Positions 10,801-19,645 of a stretch of 64,000 nucleotides of DNA are shown here, piece after piece. The notes beneath the pieces were generated by a model, which had not been told where the DNA came from, made no database searches, and saw nothing but the letters and a program-made list of their open reading frames with translations. The translations under genes and the position numbers were made by a program. Numbering within the stretch: position 1 is the stretch's first letter; each line of letters starts with the position of its first letter. This stretch comes from an uncultured bacterium (lineage in GTDB: Bacteria > Krumholzibacteriota > Krumholzibacteriia > LZORAL124-64-63): the NCBI GenBank assembly GCA_963727525.1, contig CAVSGO010000003.1, positions 256,001-320,000 on the forward strand. Direction: 5' to 3'.

Positions 10801-11061
10801 GTCGGGATCGTTGAGCCCGGCCCGGATCCGTAAGTACGCCTGGAGCCGATCGTCGTAGGGGGCGTGCCGGTCTTCCTCCCGGAACAGCGAATGCTGGAGC
10901 GAATCGGTCGGCGCGAGGGCAAGGCTCGGTTGGAGCGACGGTGCGATGTCCGATGACATGTCAGCGGAGAGGCGCTGGCAACCGGAACCGGCGACGATGA
11001 TGAGGAGGGTGATCGTCAGCCGGAATTTGCCGATGTTCGCCGACATGCCGCGGGTTGCCAT
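7897..11061 (-). CDS. TPR-CHAT (caspase-like) domain protein; start uncertain (11046-11160)
   Basis: C-terminal IVPD.L..LPW, IHVASHA (His), LVYLSCCET (Cys), HPYYWA; long helical TPR-like N-terminal region; hydrophobic N-terminus ending AGSGC. Confidence 0.85.
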   Translation of the reverse strand: MATRGMSANIGKFRLTITLLIIVAGSGCQRLSADMSSDIAPSLQPSLALAPTDSLQHSLFREEDRHAPYDDRLQAYLRIRAGLNDPDDRVAAEDSLFRRWEAHPDDFLCIDAAVTEHQFLRRQDAYERMVALAAGDDSTSAVARFVFARRKWGRRSDAIDAFWAASARADELDPLQRLWLTYRLALVESRAGRHADGIARLAAHLEEAWHEGGPVLAGLYWYDIARSSLWAGSLGDALVACADAAACARRAHAPYLEIQVRLLQGQICDARCEYDVARSIFTECETLAIAEGYPNWTRVAVGRLAILAHSRGDLSGELAMIHRTRELAVATRDTFGIIKSILGIGSVHRRAVAPDSVLYWMHRAEDLDATWTGGRAANAITEAWMWIDLQEGQFASADSLLSLVKARDSRQGDTRSVGSLLIDLVQQDLETGRVAQAIEHLAAAEARSDQLFLSSGNQDPAWELLLIGARVRARQGDLGAARDRLRRAAEHPFATQNLQTSWRFQQCRAEVAALAGDDATAVDAYQQCLELATRMRDDPLIDRSQVRLGEILIRDGRLAEARALFAANLDTPVFWPRIAARLFTGIAWAREADVGNASRCFEEVDAMLTHDAPRDLRSRLRLEQARIAASRDDPKLANQLLGDVVFVRGEAVDDVENEVVRAAQHGLAREVAEFTASLLWDFPQVRTRGDGGATAFVRVARILRGRTRELPVPAKRDDPLAVFLLGDQRAFVWVTNNGHWWWSELPDRQRIATLARDVITDMEYPDRVVDWVAARELASILLTQVWSHWPAGGTLEIVPDAELIDLPWAALPEPMQPEAAVPDGAPVLVIDHGPVVLGDLTLDRPVDLPAPTPAVRPLLVLANNDARHGNDGLRQAESEGKAVAALWPAGRVEMLMGERATWNEVRSLDIARFGTIHVASHATFLPGAPEYSALLLAGSPGGGLTPREIRSLPLDAALVYLSCCETARVANDRGLSTDSFVRSFLGAGAVAVVASSIKVDDDAARMLAERFYHHLLAGTTRAAALRTAQIEVRMASKSWQHPYYWAFTAVHTAF

Positions 11062-11210
11062 CGAGATGCCGTTTCGCTCGCGCATGCCCTCCCGTGGACT
11101 TCCCCCGACTCCGATTCTATAATAATGGCCCCCGGTACGATGGCGGGCAACCCGAGTCACGGGTCGGCCGATTCCTGACGCCGACCGTCAACCTGTCGCG
11201 ATGAAGGCCC

Positions 11211-11861
11211 ATGTCTCCCACGGATCCCAGCTGCTCGCCTGAGGAGCTTGCTCCCCATCTCGACGCCTATCGTGGCGGCGATGGCGAGGCTGCGGACCAC
11301 CTGAGTCGCGTGCTGTGGCCGCCGGTGCGTCGCGCCGTGGCGGATCTGCTCGGTGACGACCACGGGGATTGCGACGACGTCATCCAGGAAGCCCTGCTGG
11401 CGGCAATGGCCTATCTGCGTCGCGACGAGGTTTTCGAGGGCGACTTCGCCCGCCTGGCGGTCACCATCGCGCGGAACCGCTGCCGCGACCTGTTGCGCCG
11501 CCGCACGCGATTCCCTCACCTCGATATCGAGCCGCTCGCGGACTGGATCGTCGACAGGCAAGCCTCGCCTCTCGATCACCTCGAAGCCGAGGAGAAGCGC
11601 CACATGATGCAGCAGGCGCTGGATCGCCTGGGGCCGGCTTGCCGCGAACTGCTGCACGCCATGTACGTGGACGAGGAGAAGACCGAAGTCATTCGACGGC
11701 GGCTCGGGCTGGGCACGGTTCAGGCGGTCTTCTATCGTCGGACCGCATGTGTGGATCAGATGAAAAATTACTTGCAGAAGTGGTCCCGCGTTCGTTCCGG
11801 AGCGGACGGCAAGGCCGCAGCTGGGGGACGAACACGGGGAGAGCGACACCATGAGCGATGA
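11211..11861 (+). CDS. ECF RNA polymerase sigma factor
   Basis: DDVIQEALL, IARNRCRDLLRRR region 2; ALDRLGPACRELL...LGLGTV region 4. Confidence 0.88.
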   Translation: MSPTDPSCSPEELAPHLDAYRGGDGEAADHLSRVLWPPVRRAVADLLGDDHGDCDDVIQEALLAAMAYLRRDEVFEGDFARLAVTIARNRCRDLLRRRTRFPHLDIEPLADWIVDRQASPLDHLEAEEKRHMMQQALDRLGPACRELLHAMYVDEEKTEVIRRRLGLGTVQAVFYRRTACVDQMKNYLQKWSRVRSGADGKAAAGGRTRGERHHER

Positions 11862-12606
11862 CCGGAATCGCCTATCCGAGCTCGAGAACTACGAGTGCAT
11901 CGATCCTGCGGTCGGCGCCGAGCTATGGAAGCGCGAGGTTCCGAATACGGACGCCGAGACACGCCGCCGCCTCGAGTCGCACCTCGACTTCTGCGCCGCG
12001 TGCCGCCTGCGCGCCGCGGTCGGCGATGAACTCGCCGCGGGATTACGCACCGGTGAACTTCGTGTGAGCGGTCGGCAACACGTAGCCTGGCGGCGGGCCA
12101 GGCGTTTCAGCGGCGTCGGGGCCGGTGCGCTGGCGGCCGGGCTGGCGCTGATGTTCCTCATACCCCCGGTGCCGGTAGGCCACGGGCACCTCGTTCGCGG
12201 TGGTGAGCGGGCGGGGATCGTGCGCCCGCTCCCGGACGAGGAGATCGTCTCGGCGCGTCCGGAGATCCACTGGCACCCGGTCGACGCCGCTTCCTCCTAC
12301 CGGGTCACGGTCAGGGATGTCGCGGAGAATTACGACTACTCCGAAGAAACGCGCGCGAACCACCTGCAGATCCCTGCGGATCGAGCCTTGCCGCCGCACT
12401 CGCGCTTCCGTGTCACCGTCGAGACCGTGCCGGCCGACCTCTCACCTGCCGGTGGCTGGCGCACGTCGTTCGCGCGCGTGTCGCTCGGCGAGTTCTTGAT
12501 GTACAGGGTTCGCTCGTCGCATCCCTTGGCGCGGTGGACCGGACTCGCCGGGCTGCTGGCGCTCGGTACGGCACTCGTACTCGCCATCAGGTCGCCCAGA
12601 CCGTAG
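11851..12606 (+). CDS. Putative zinc-binding transmembrane anti-sigma factor
   Basis: HLDFCAAC (HxxxCxxC), TM segment, Ig/FN3-like extracytoplasmic region, second C-terminal TM; overlaps the sigma stop. Confidence 0.78.
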   Translation: MSDDRNRLSELENYECIDPAVGAELWKREVPNTDAETRRRLESHLDFCAACRLRAAVGDELAAGLRTGELRVSGRQHVAWRRARRFSGVGAGALAAGLALMFLIPPVPVGHGHLVRGGERAGIVRPLPDEEIVSARPEIHWHPVDAASSYRVTVRDVAENYDYSEETRANHLQIPADRALPPHSRFRVTVETVPADLSPAGGWRTSFARVSLGEFLMYRVRSSHPLARWTGLAGLLALGTALVLAIRSPRP

Positions 12607-12783
12607 CGACCATTCCCTACGCGACCAAAATCTCCTTGCAAGCCGAGTGCTGATCCGTTCTGGGGCGGATCCACCGCAGCCGCGCGGTCGGGTACCGCGA
12701 TGCCGACCGTCGTATCGCGGTCGGGATCGTTCGGAAGGGTCATGCCGAGCCCACGTCGGGCCGGCGCAGAGAGAGGAGATCCC

Positions 12784-15700
12784 ATGTTCAAAGCAGGAAT
12801 GGTATGTCTCGTGCTCGGCATTGCCGGATTGGCTTTCGCGCAGAGCGCCATCGAGGTCACCGGCGTTGGCGCCGGTGGCGAGTTGCATACGGCCGTCTTC
12901 AATCCGCTGAATCCAGACGAGATCCTGATGGGCGAGGACATGTGCGGCGTGGTCATCTCCTCATCCGACGGTAGCCAGGTCCACTGGTCGCCCTACAACG
13001 AGAACCTCATCAACGAGGACAACCAGGAAACCTCCAACGTCTATGAGATCCACGCGATCGAGAGCAACGGCACCGTGCAATACGTCGCCGCGACAGTCGG
13101 GGGGCTCTACACCCGCTGGGCTGGCCAGACGTCCTGGGTTGCCATGACCTCCACGAACCACTGGTACAACGACGGTTCGACGGGCTTTGACCGGGCGATC
13201 CCATTCTGCTGTATCGACGACAACGGCGAAGGCATTCTGGTGGCAGGCGCGGGTGTGAATCTGCATTCGCGGGCCACCGACACCGAGGATGATTCCAATG
13301 GCGTACGGCTCTACCCCGGTCTGGACGGTACGATCTCGAGTCCGTGGGGAAGCACGCAGTACACCGTCTGGATCAAGGAAGGTGCCGGCGCCACGTGGCA
13401 GCCCTACACCTATGGCTCGACCGAATGTGCATTCGGTGCGGCCCGCGACATCATCATCCGCAAGGTCGACGGCACGAATTACATCATCGTCACCACGGAC
13501 TCGGGAATCTGGATGCATGACATGGGCGCGGGTCCCTGGGTGAATCTGGCCGACCTCGACGCGTACGTCTATGGCGTCCAGCGCGGTCCGCTGCGCCACT
13601 ACGGCTGCTCGGAACCATACTCGGGCGCATGCGGCCTCCATCCCTGGAACCTGTATCTCACCGCACGGGGCACGCTGTACGCGACCCTGGCGCGCAAGAC
13701 ACCTCAGCCCGACTACGACTCCCAGGCTGTGATCTACGCCGGGCTCTACAAGATTCACGACCTCTTCAACACCACCGCGCGCGAGTGGCACTGGGTCGGC
13801 AACGCCACGGCCCTGCCACGCAACGATACCGTCTACACCTGGAATGGGTCGTGGAGCGTGCTCGAAACGCTCAGCCTGGACGTCATCGGCAGGGGCGACC
13901 TGAACTGGGGTGCCCACACGCCGCTGACCTATCCGATCCGCCTGAACGTCCTCGAGGGTACCGGAGCCGACGATGACATCGTCTACCTGGGTTGCGCGAC
14001 CAGCGGTTCCTGCGGTCTCCTGGAAGGGACCGTCGAGTACTCGCCCACCGTCGATTCCAGCACCTGGCGCAGCCTGTTCTACTCGCAGGATGGAATCCCG
14101 TACCAGAGCACGCACGAGCCGATGACCGAGGAGGAGTTCGGCTGGAGCGCCATGCATGGCGTTCGCGTCAACTTCAATCCCGACGTCTACCACGACGGTT
14201 CCGACCTGCGCCTGGTAGTGCAGGCAGGCGTCACGCCGCTCTATTCCGAAGACGGAGGCACCCACTGGCACCAGATCCAGGACCAGTACGACGCGACCTG
14301 GCCCGGAAGTCGAACCCTCGGCTACAACGAGATCTGCGTCACCGGTCTCGATGTCGATGCCGGCGGCAACCTCGTGCTGAGTACCGGAGATTGCGGGCTC
14401 TTCGAGGAGAACGATGGCGGGTTCTTCGAGTATCGCGACGTTCGCTCCTGCGACGGCAGCGACACCTGGGAGGATCCGTGTTACGACAACGCCGAGACCG
14501 GCGCGGTTCAGGTGGCGGCAAACTGGGAGGGTAGCGGCTATCCCGCCACCATTGTCGTCGCCGGCGAGGTCAGCCAGGGGTCGACCGGCTCGCACAAGTT
14601 GCTGGCGCTCGAACACGATGGTACGTGGATTCACGTCACCGCCGGATTGAGCAGCGTCATCACGAATATCGCGGACCTGGATCTCCGAATCGAGGACTTC
14701 ATCGTCGTCGACGGTACGACGATCTACATGGCGTTCGAGACGGATTCCAATTATCCGACGGAGAGCCGCGGTGTGGCGATAGGAGCGTATGCCACCGGCG
14801 GCTGGACGTGGACCATCACGACGGCCGGACTCTCCGGCGATCCCAACCTGTCGCAGCTGCGAGACCTGGAGTATTTCCCCGAGTACGGCCGGTTGTTCCT
14901 GGCGGCCAACACGGGTGTCTGGTTCTACGATCTCAACAATCCGACCTGGATCAATCTGTGTGGTTCCGGTGCTCCCGAACTGGCGCCCTTCAAGGACGTG
15001 CTCTGCCTGGCGCGCGATACCGCCGGTACGCGGCTTTACGCAGGGACTCAAGGTGGCACTGGCAGCGAGATCGGAACCGTGCTCAAGTGCACCGATCCCG
15101 GCTCTTTGCGCCCGTTCCCGGGATTCACGCCGATGGTCAACACCACGGGAACGGGGCGGCCGTTCGGATTCGAGCAACCCGCCTTCTACTATCCGCTCGA
15201 CGATCCCGATCAGTCCCTCACTGCTGTCCACGCGCTGGCGGTCAAGCCTGGCAAACCCAACCAGATCGCCGTGGGAATCATGGTGACCGGGTACGAGACC
15301 CATGGCTTCTTCTCGCAGTGTGGCGTCTACATGTACGGGCGAAACCGCAACTGTCCCACGTGGGAGGAGCTCTACGTGAATACGCCCTACAAGGGGCTAC
15401 CGGTCGCTCATCTGAAGTTCAATAACCTGGATGATGATATCCTGCACGTGGGCCACGCCGGATACGGTGCTGTGAACATCGATCTGGGGCTCGTCAATCC
15501 TCCGGGTTGCGGTGGAGGCGGCGATCCGCAGCTGTGGTTCCGCAGTCAGGGGACGCAGGTCAACACCGACGGACAGGCTGTCTTCGCATTGCGCCTCGAG
15601 CAGTCAGCCGAAGTCTCGATGAAGGTGTACGACGTGCGCGGGCGCCTCGTGTCCCGTACGCACTACGGCGTCCTCGCTGCGGGTCAGCACGAGCTTGCGT

Positions 15701-15807
15701 GGAACGGACGGGGTCAGCACGGAGAACGCGTCGCTTCGGGCGTGTACTTTGCGCGGGTCACGGCCGGTGGCGCTGCCGCGTCGCAACGGGTCGTGATGAT
15801 CAGGTAG
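12784..15807 (+). CDS. Large secreted beta-propeller-like protein with FlgD-Ig/T9SS-like C-terminal domain
   Basis: AGGAG RBS, signal peptide, GAGG/SEDGGTHW BNR-like motif, VYDVRGRLV...WNGR...ASGVYF tail. Confidence 0.75.
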   Translation: MFKAGMVCLVLGIAGLAFAQSAIEVTGVGAGGELHTAVFNPLNPDEILMGEDMCGVVISSSDGSQVHWSPYNENLINEDNQETSNVYEIHAIESNGTVQYVAATVGGLYTRWAGQTSWVAMTSTNHWYNDGSTGFDRAIPFCCIDDNGEGILVAGAGVNLHSRATDTEDDSNGVRLYPGLDGTISSPWGSTQYTVWIKEGAGATWQPYTYGSTECAFGAARDIIIRKVDGTNYIIVTTDSGIWMHDMGAGPWVNLADLDAYVYGVQRGPLRHYGCSEPYSGACGLHPWNLYLTARGTLYATLARKTPQPDYDSQAVIYAGLYKIHDLFNTTAREWHWVGNATALPRNDTVYTWNGSWSVLETLSLDVIGRGDLNWGAHTPLTYPIRLNVLEGTGADDDIVYLGCATSGSCGLLEGTVEYSPTVDSSTWRSLFYSQDGIPYQSTHEPMTEEEFGWSAMHGVRVNFNPDVYHDGSDLRLVVQAGVTPLYSEDGGTHWHQIQDQYDATWPGSRTLGYNEICVTGLDVDAGGNLVLSTGDCGLFEENDGGFFEYRDVRSCDGSDTWEDPCYDNAETGAVQVAANWEGSGYPATIVVAGEVSQGSTGSHKLLALEHDGTWIHVTAGLSSVITNIADLDLRIEDFIVVDGTTIYMAFETDSNYPTESRGVAIGAYATGGWTWTITTAGLSGDPNLSQLRDLEYFPEYGRLFLAANTGVWFYDLNNPTWINLCGSGAPELAPFKDVLCLARDTAGTRLYAGTQGGTGSEIGTVLKCTDPGSLRPFPGFTPMVNTTGTGRPFGFEQPAFYYPLDDPDQSLTAVHALAVKPGKPNQIAVGIMVTGYETHGFFSQCGVYMYGRNRNCPTWEELYVNTPYKGLPVAHLKFNNLDDDILHVGHAGYGAVNIDLGLVNPPGCGGGGDPQLWFRSQGTQVNTDGQAVFALRLEQSAEVSMKVYDVRGRLVSRTHYGVLAAGQHELAWNGRGQHGERVASGVYFARVTAGGAAASQRVVMIR

Positions 15808-15836
15808 CTGGTCCGTCACTATCCGTCGCGCGTACA

Positions 15837-15868
15837 AGGAGGCCGGGAGTCGTCGCTCCCGGCCTTCT
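15837..15868 (+). terminator. Intrinsic terminator-like hairpin
   Basis: AGGCCGGGAG-N6-CTCCCGGCCT followed by TCT. Confidence 0.55.
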
Positions 15869-15895
15869 CGTCGGTTCGGCCGACGGGGTAAACTC

Positions 15896-15943
15896 TTGAC
15901 TGCCCGCCGCCTTTCCGGTACTTTGTTCGGGGTTCGTACAAAG
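15896..15943 (+). promoter_or_regulatory. Sigma70-like promoter with operator copy 3
   Basis: TTGACT(15896)-N17-TACTTT(15919); operator CTTTGTTCGG-GGT-TCGTACAAAG at 15921-15943 overlaps the -10. Confidence 0.8.
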
Positions 15944-15978
15944 CGTCGCCATGTCTCGAACGCGACCCCTGGCAGGAG

Positions 15979-17442
15979 TTGACGCCCATGACCGCCGCCA
16001 CGCACGCGCCGACCGCACCCGAAGATCGCATCGCCCTGGGGCAGAAGGTCGCCTACGGGGCCGGCGCGTTCGTCAACAACCTGCTGGCCGCGGCCAGCGG
16101 GGGCATGATGATCGTGCTCAACCTCGGCCTGGGCATGGATCCGGCGCTGGTGGGGCTGCTCGGGGCGCTGCCACGCCTCACCGATGCGTTCACCGATCCG
16201 CTGATGGGATACATCTCCGATCACACGAAGACGCGCTGGGGGCGCCGCCGCCCGTACATCTTCTGGGGGGCGATCGCGGCGGGCGTGATATTTGCGCTGT
16301 TGTGGCAATTGCCGCGCGGCCACAGTCAGACCTTCCTCTTCGTCTACTTCCTCGTGGGTTCGATTCTTTTCTATGGCGGCTACACGGTCTTCGCCACGCC
16401 ATGGGTGGCGCTCGGCTATGAGCTCACGCCCGACTACCACGAGCGCACGCGCCTGATGGGCACGCAGAACTTCATCGGCCAGCTCGCCTACGTGGTGTCG
16501 CCATGGTTCCTGTGGATCATGACGTCACGGCGCTTCTTCCCCGACCAGGTGTCCGGCGCAGCGGGCCTGGCGATCGTCGTCGCGGTGGTGGCGATCGGCC
16601 TGGGCATCCTGCCGGCACTGCTGCTGCGCGAGCGCATGCTCAACGTCGCCGTTGCCGAGTCCGAGGCTGCCGATACCGGGGCCACGGGCCTGCGGCGCAA
16701 CCTGGCGGAGTTCTTCCGCGGTTTCGGCACGACGCTGGCGTCAGGGCCGTTTCTCAAGCTCTGCGTGGCCACGTTTACGGTATTCAACGGCTTCATGCTG
16801 ATCTCGTCGTTCCAGTATTACGTGATCATCTACTACGTCTGCGGCGGCGATCAGAACGTGGGCGCCAGATACTCCGGGTACGCCGGTACCGTGGGCGCCG
16901 TGTGCACGTTCCTCGTGGTCGTCTTCGTCACGTGGCTCTCCACGCGCATCGGCAAGCGGTCGGCTTTCTTCGTGGCCACCGGGCTGTCGATGGTGGGGTA
17001 TGCGCTGAAGTGGGTGTGCTACAATCCTGCCCACCCGATGCTGGTGGTGGCGCCGGCACCTCTGCTCGCATTCGGTCTCGGCGGGCTGTTCACGTTGATG
17101 CCCTCGATGATCGCCGACGTCGTGGACACCGACGAGCTGAAGACCCATCAGCGCCGCGAGGGCATGTTCGGTTCGATCTTCTGGTGGATGGTGAAGTTGG
17201 GCATGGCGGCGGCGCTGGCCGGGGGTGGCTACCTGCTCAACGCCACCGGCTTCGACGTGGCGCTCGGTGGCCAGCAGGCGGCGCGGTCGATCATCCTCAT
17301 GCGTCTGTGCGATGCGGGCATTCCCATCGTGACGTCGGCCATCGCGATCTGGGCTGTCGTGCGCTACCCCATCACCGAGGAACGCGCGCGCGAGGTACGA
17401 CGCGAACTCGAAGCCCGGCGAGGTCAAGCATGGGCCCAATGA
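15979..17442 (+). CDS. MFS glycoside-pentoside-hexuronide (MelB-like) sugar transporter
   Basis: DAFTDPLMGYISDHTKTRWGRRRPYI, ELTPDYHERTRL, IADVVD.DE..T.QRREG; about 12 TM; start TTG 15979 or ATG 15988. Confidence 0.92.
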   Translation: MTPMTAATHAPTAPEDRIALGQKVAYGAGAFVNNLLAAASGGMMIVLNLGLGMDPALVGLLGALPRLTDAFTDPLMGYISDHTKTRWGRRRPYIFWGAIAAGVIFALLWQLPRGHSQTFLFVYFLVGSILFYGGYTVFATPWVALGYELTPDYHERTRLMGTQNFIGQLAYVVSPWFLWIMTSRRFFPDQVSGAAGLAIVVAVVAIGLGILPALLLRERMLNVAVAESEAADTGATGLRRNLAEFFRGFGTTLASGPFLKLCVATFTVFNGFMLISSFQYYVIIYYVCGGDQNVGARYSGYAGTVGAVCTFLVVVFVTWLSTRIGKRSAFFVATGLSMVGYALKWVCYNPAHPMLVVAPAPLLAFGLGGLFTLMPSMIADVVDTDELKTHQRREGMFGSIFWWMVKLGMAAALAGGGYLLNATGFDVALGGQQAARSIILMRLCDAGIPIVTSAIAIWAVVRYPITEERAREVRRELEARRGQAWAQ

Positions 17443-18410
17443 CCACCTGGATCATGCTGGCCGCGCTCGCCGGAGCGGGCGGCGCGACGCCAATAGACCG
17501 GGAGGTGCCATTCGTGGTGCGACCCTACCGTGTGGATGACGGCGATACGTGGCGGGGCAACGCCGTATGCTATGGCCCGCACCGCGATGGCGAGCAGCCT
17601 GGCGTGGTCGAGCCTTCGGCATCCGAGATCGCCGAGGACCTGCACCTGATGGCGCCGCACTGGTCGCTGCTGCGCACCTATGGGGCCGATGGATATGCCG
17701 CCACGCTTCTCGCCCAGATCCGCGCGTCGCATCTGCCCCTGTATGTCATGCTCGGGGTCTGGATCGCCGCCGACGATGCGGTCGCCAACCAGCGCGAGAT
17801 CGACGCCGCGGTGCGACTGGCCCGTCAATACCCGGATCTCGTGACCTCCGTCTGCGTGGGCAACGAGACCCAGGTCTCATGGTCGTTCAACCGGGTGCCG
17901 CTCGACACGCTCGTCGCTGCCGTACGCCAGGTGAGGGCGGCCGTGGCGCAGCCAGTGACGGCCGCAGATGATTACCAGTACTGGCGCGAGCCCGAGAGCC
18001 GCCATCTCGCCGCCGAGGTCGACTTCCTCACGGTGCACGCCCATCCGCTCTGGAACGGTCGCCAACTGGAAGACGCGCTGCCCTGGCTACAGGACCAGCT
18101 CGCCGCCGTCCAGACCGTGCACCCCGACCGCGACCTCGTGATCGGCGAGACGGGCTGGGCCACCTCGGTGGCCGATCACGGCGAGCAGGCAAAGCTCATC
18201 AAGGGCAAGGTGGGCGAGCCGCAGCAACGCGAATTCTATCGGTCGCTGCGCGCCTGGGCCGACTCGACCCGGCAAGTGGTCTTCGTCTTCGAGGCCTTCG
18301 ACGAGCACTGGAAGGGCGGCGACGACCCGGCCGAGGTGGAGAAGCACTGGGGGTTGTTCCGGGCCGATCGAACGGCGAAGGCGGCGTTGGCGCCGGCACC
18401 ATCGCGCTGA
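17439..18410 (+). CDS. GH17 beta-1,3-glucanase/glucanosyltransferase, exported
   Basis: ATGA overlap with MFS stop; AVCYGPHRDG, LLRTYG, VGNE (acid/base), IGETGW (nucleophile), FEAFDE.WK, EKHWGLF. Confidence 0.88.
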   Translation: MTTWIMLAALAGAGGATPIDREVPFVVRPYRVDDGDTWRGNAVCYGPHRDGEQPGVVEPSASEIAEDLHLMAPHWSLLRTYGADGYAATLLAQIRASHLPLYVMLGVWIAADDAVANQREIDAAVRLARQYPDLVTSVCVGNETQVSWSFNRVPLDTLVAAVRQVRAAVAQPVTAADDYQYWREPESRHLAAEVDFLTVHAHPLWNGRQLEDALPWLQDQLAAVQTVHPDRDLVIGETGWATSVADHGEQAKLIKGKVGEPQQREFYRSLRAWADSTRQVVFVFEAFDEHWKGGDDPAEVEKHWGLFRADRTAKAALAPAPSR

Positions 18411-18576
18411 AACCTACCGGAAGCACTGACGCGACTTCCCTCGTCCGCAATAGCCATATTTCTGCTGGGCATGGCGAACAGCCTGCCCGTGCGTTTCTAT
18501 CGCAAGCGATAGTCATAGGCGCATGAGCGAGTCCAATGGTCGTGGCCGCGCCAGGACCGGTTCCGCGCGGCTCCGC

Positions 18577-19584
18577 CTACTCCATCGGATAACGCAGGCC
18601 GCACTGCGCGCGGATGGTGTCCATCGTTCGCACGATGGCCAGGCTCTCGCGCAGGGGCATGATGTCCGACTCGCGGCGACCGGTGCGGATCAGGTCCATG
18701 AACGCCTCGGCCTCATGCGCGTAGCCGGCGCCGCGACTCGGCAGGTCCATCACCTCGTCGTCATCGCTTTCGCGCTGCACGACGATGCGCGTGGCGCCCC
18801 ACCAGGGCTGGACGATCCGGATCCGGCCCGACGTGCCCAGCACGTGCGCCTCGCGCGGCGTGTCCAGGCGCAAGCTCGCCGCGAGCACCGCCAGGGCGCC
18901 GTCCGCGTGGCGCAGCAGGATCGCAACCTCCTCGTCGACACCCGTCGTGCCGAGGTTCGCTTTCGCCTGGATCTCGGCCGGCGTGCCGCAGAGCATCGAG
19001 GCGAGCGTCAGCGGATAGACGCCCACGTCGAGCAGGGCGCCGCCGCCCAGCTCCAGTGCGAACAGGCGGCTCGTAGGGTCCAGCGGCGCGCGGAATCCGA
19101 AGTCGGCCATGACCAGGCGCACGTCGCCGATGGCGCCGGTTGCGATCAGCTCGCGCACGCGCACGATCGCGGGCAGGAAACGGGTCCACACGGCCTCCAT
19201 CAGGACGCGATCCGCCCGGGCGGCCGCAGCGATCATGCGCTGCGCCTGCGCGGCGTTTATGGCCAGCGGTTTCTCGCACAGCACGTGCTTGCCGGCGGCC
19301 AGGCAGAGCAGCGTGTGCTCCTCGTGGCCCACGTGGGGCGAGGCGACGTAGATGGCGTCCACGTCGGGATCGTCGACCAGGGCGGCATAGCTGGCATGGG
19401 CGCGGGGGATCCCGAATTCGGCCGCGAACGCGGCCGCGCGCGCACCATCACGCGAGCCCACCGCCACCAGTTCGGCGCCCGCGGCCTCGCGCAGCCCCGC
19501 GGCGAATTTGCGGGCGATGCGGCCCGGAGCGAGGATGCCCCATCTGATCGTGCGCCCGGTCTGTCCTGATCTTCGGCGTGACAC
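18577..19584 (-). CDS. Gfo/Idh/MocA family oxidoreductase
   Basis: IRWGILAPGRIA, GKHVLCEKP, GGGALLDVGVY. Confidence 0.92.
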   Translation of the reverse strand: MSRRRSGQTGRTIRWGILAPGRIARKFAAGLREAAGAELVAVGSRDGARAAAFAAEFGIPRAHASYAALVDDPDVDAIYVASPHVGHEEHTLLCLAAGKHVLCEKPLAINAAQAQRMIAAAARADRVLMEAVWTRFLPAIVRVRELIATGAIGDVRLVMADFGFRAPLDPTSRLFALELGGGALLDVGVYPLTLASMLCGTPAEIQAKANLGTTGVDEEVAILLRHADGALAVLAASLRLDTPREAHVLGTSGRIRIVQPWWGATRIVVQRESDDDEVMDLPSRGAGYAHEAEAFMDLIRTGRRESDIMPLRESLAIVRTMDTIRAQCGLRYPME

Positions 19585-19645
19585 GGTGTTTCCGTATACC
19601 TTGCGATTCTACTCGGTACCGCCCTGCTCGAGCGCGGCCAGCGTC

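Noticed and set aside
7897-12606. Type III-E CRISPR (Craspase) locus
   Set aside because: No cas genes or repeat-spacer array in the window
16503-17438. 635-aa ORF implying an N-terminally extended GH17
   Set aside because: Upstream part overlaps the MFS gene out of frame; the likely start is the ATGA overlap at 17439
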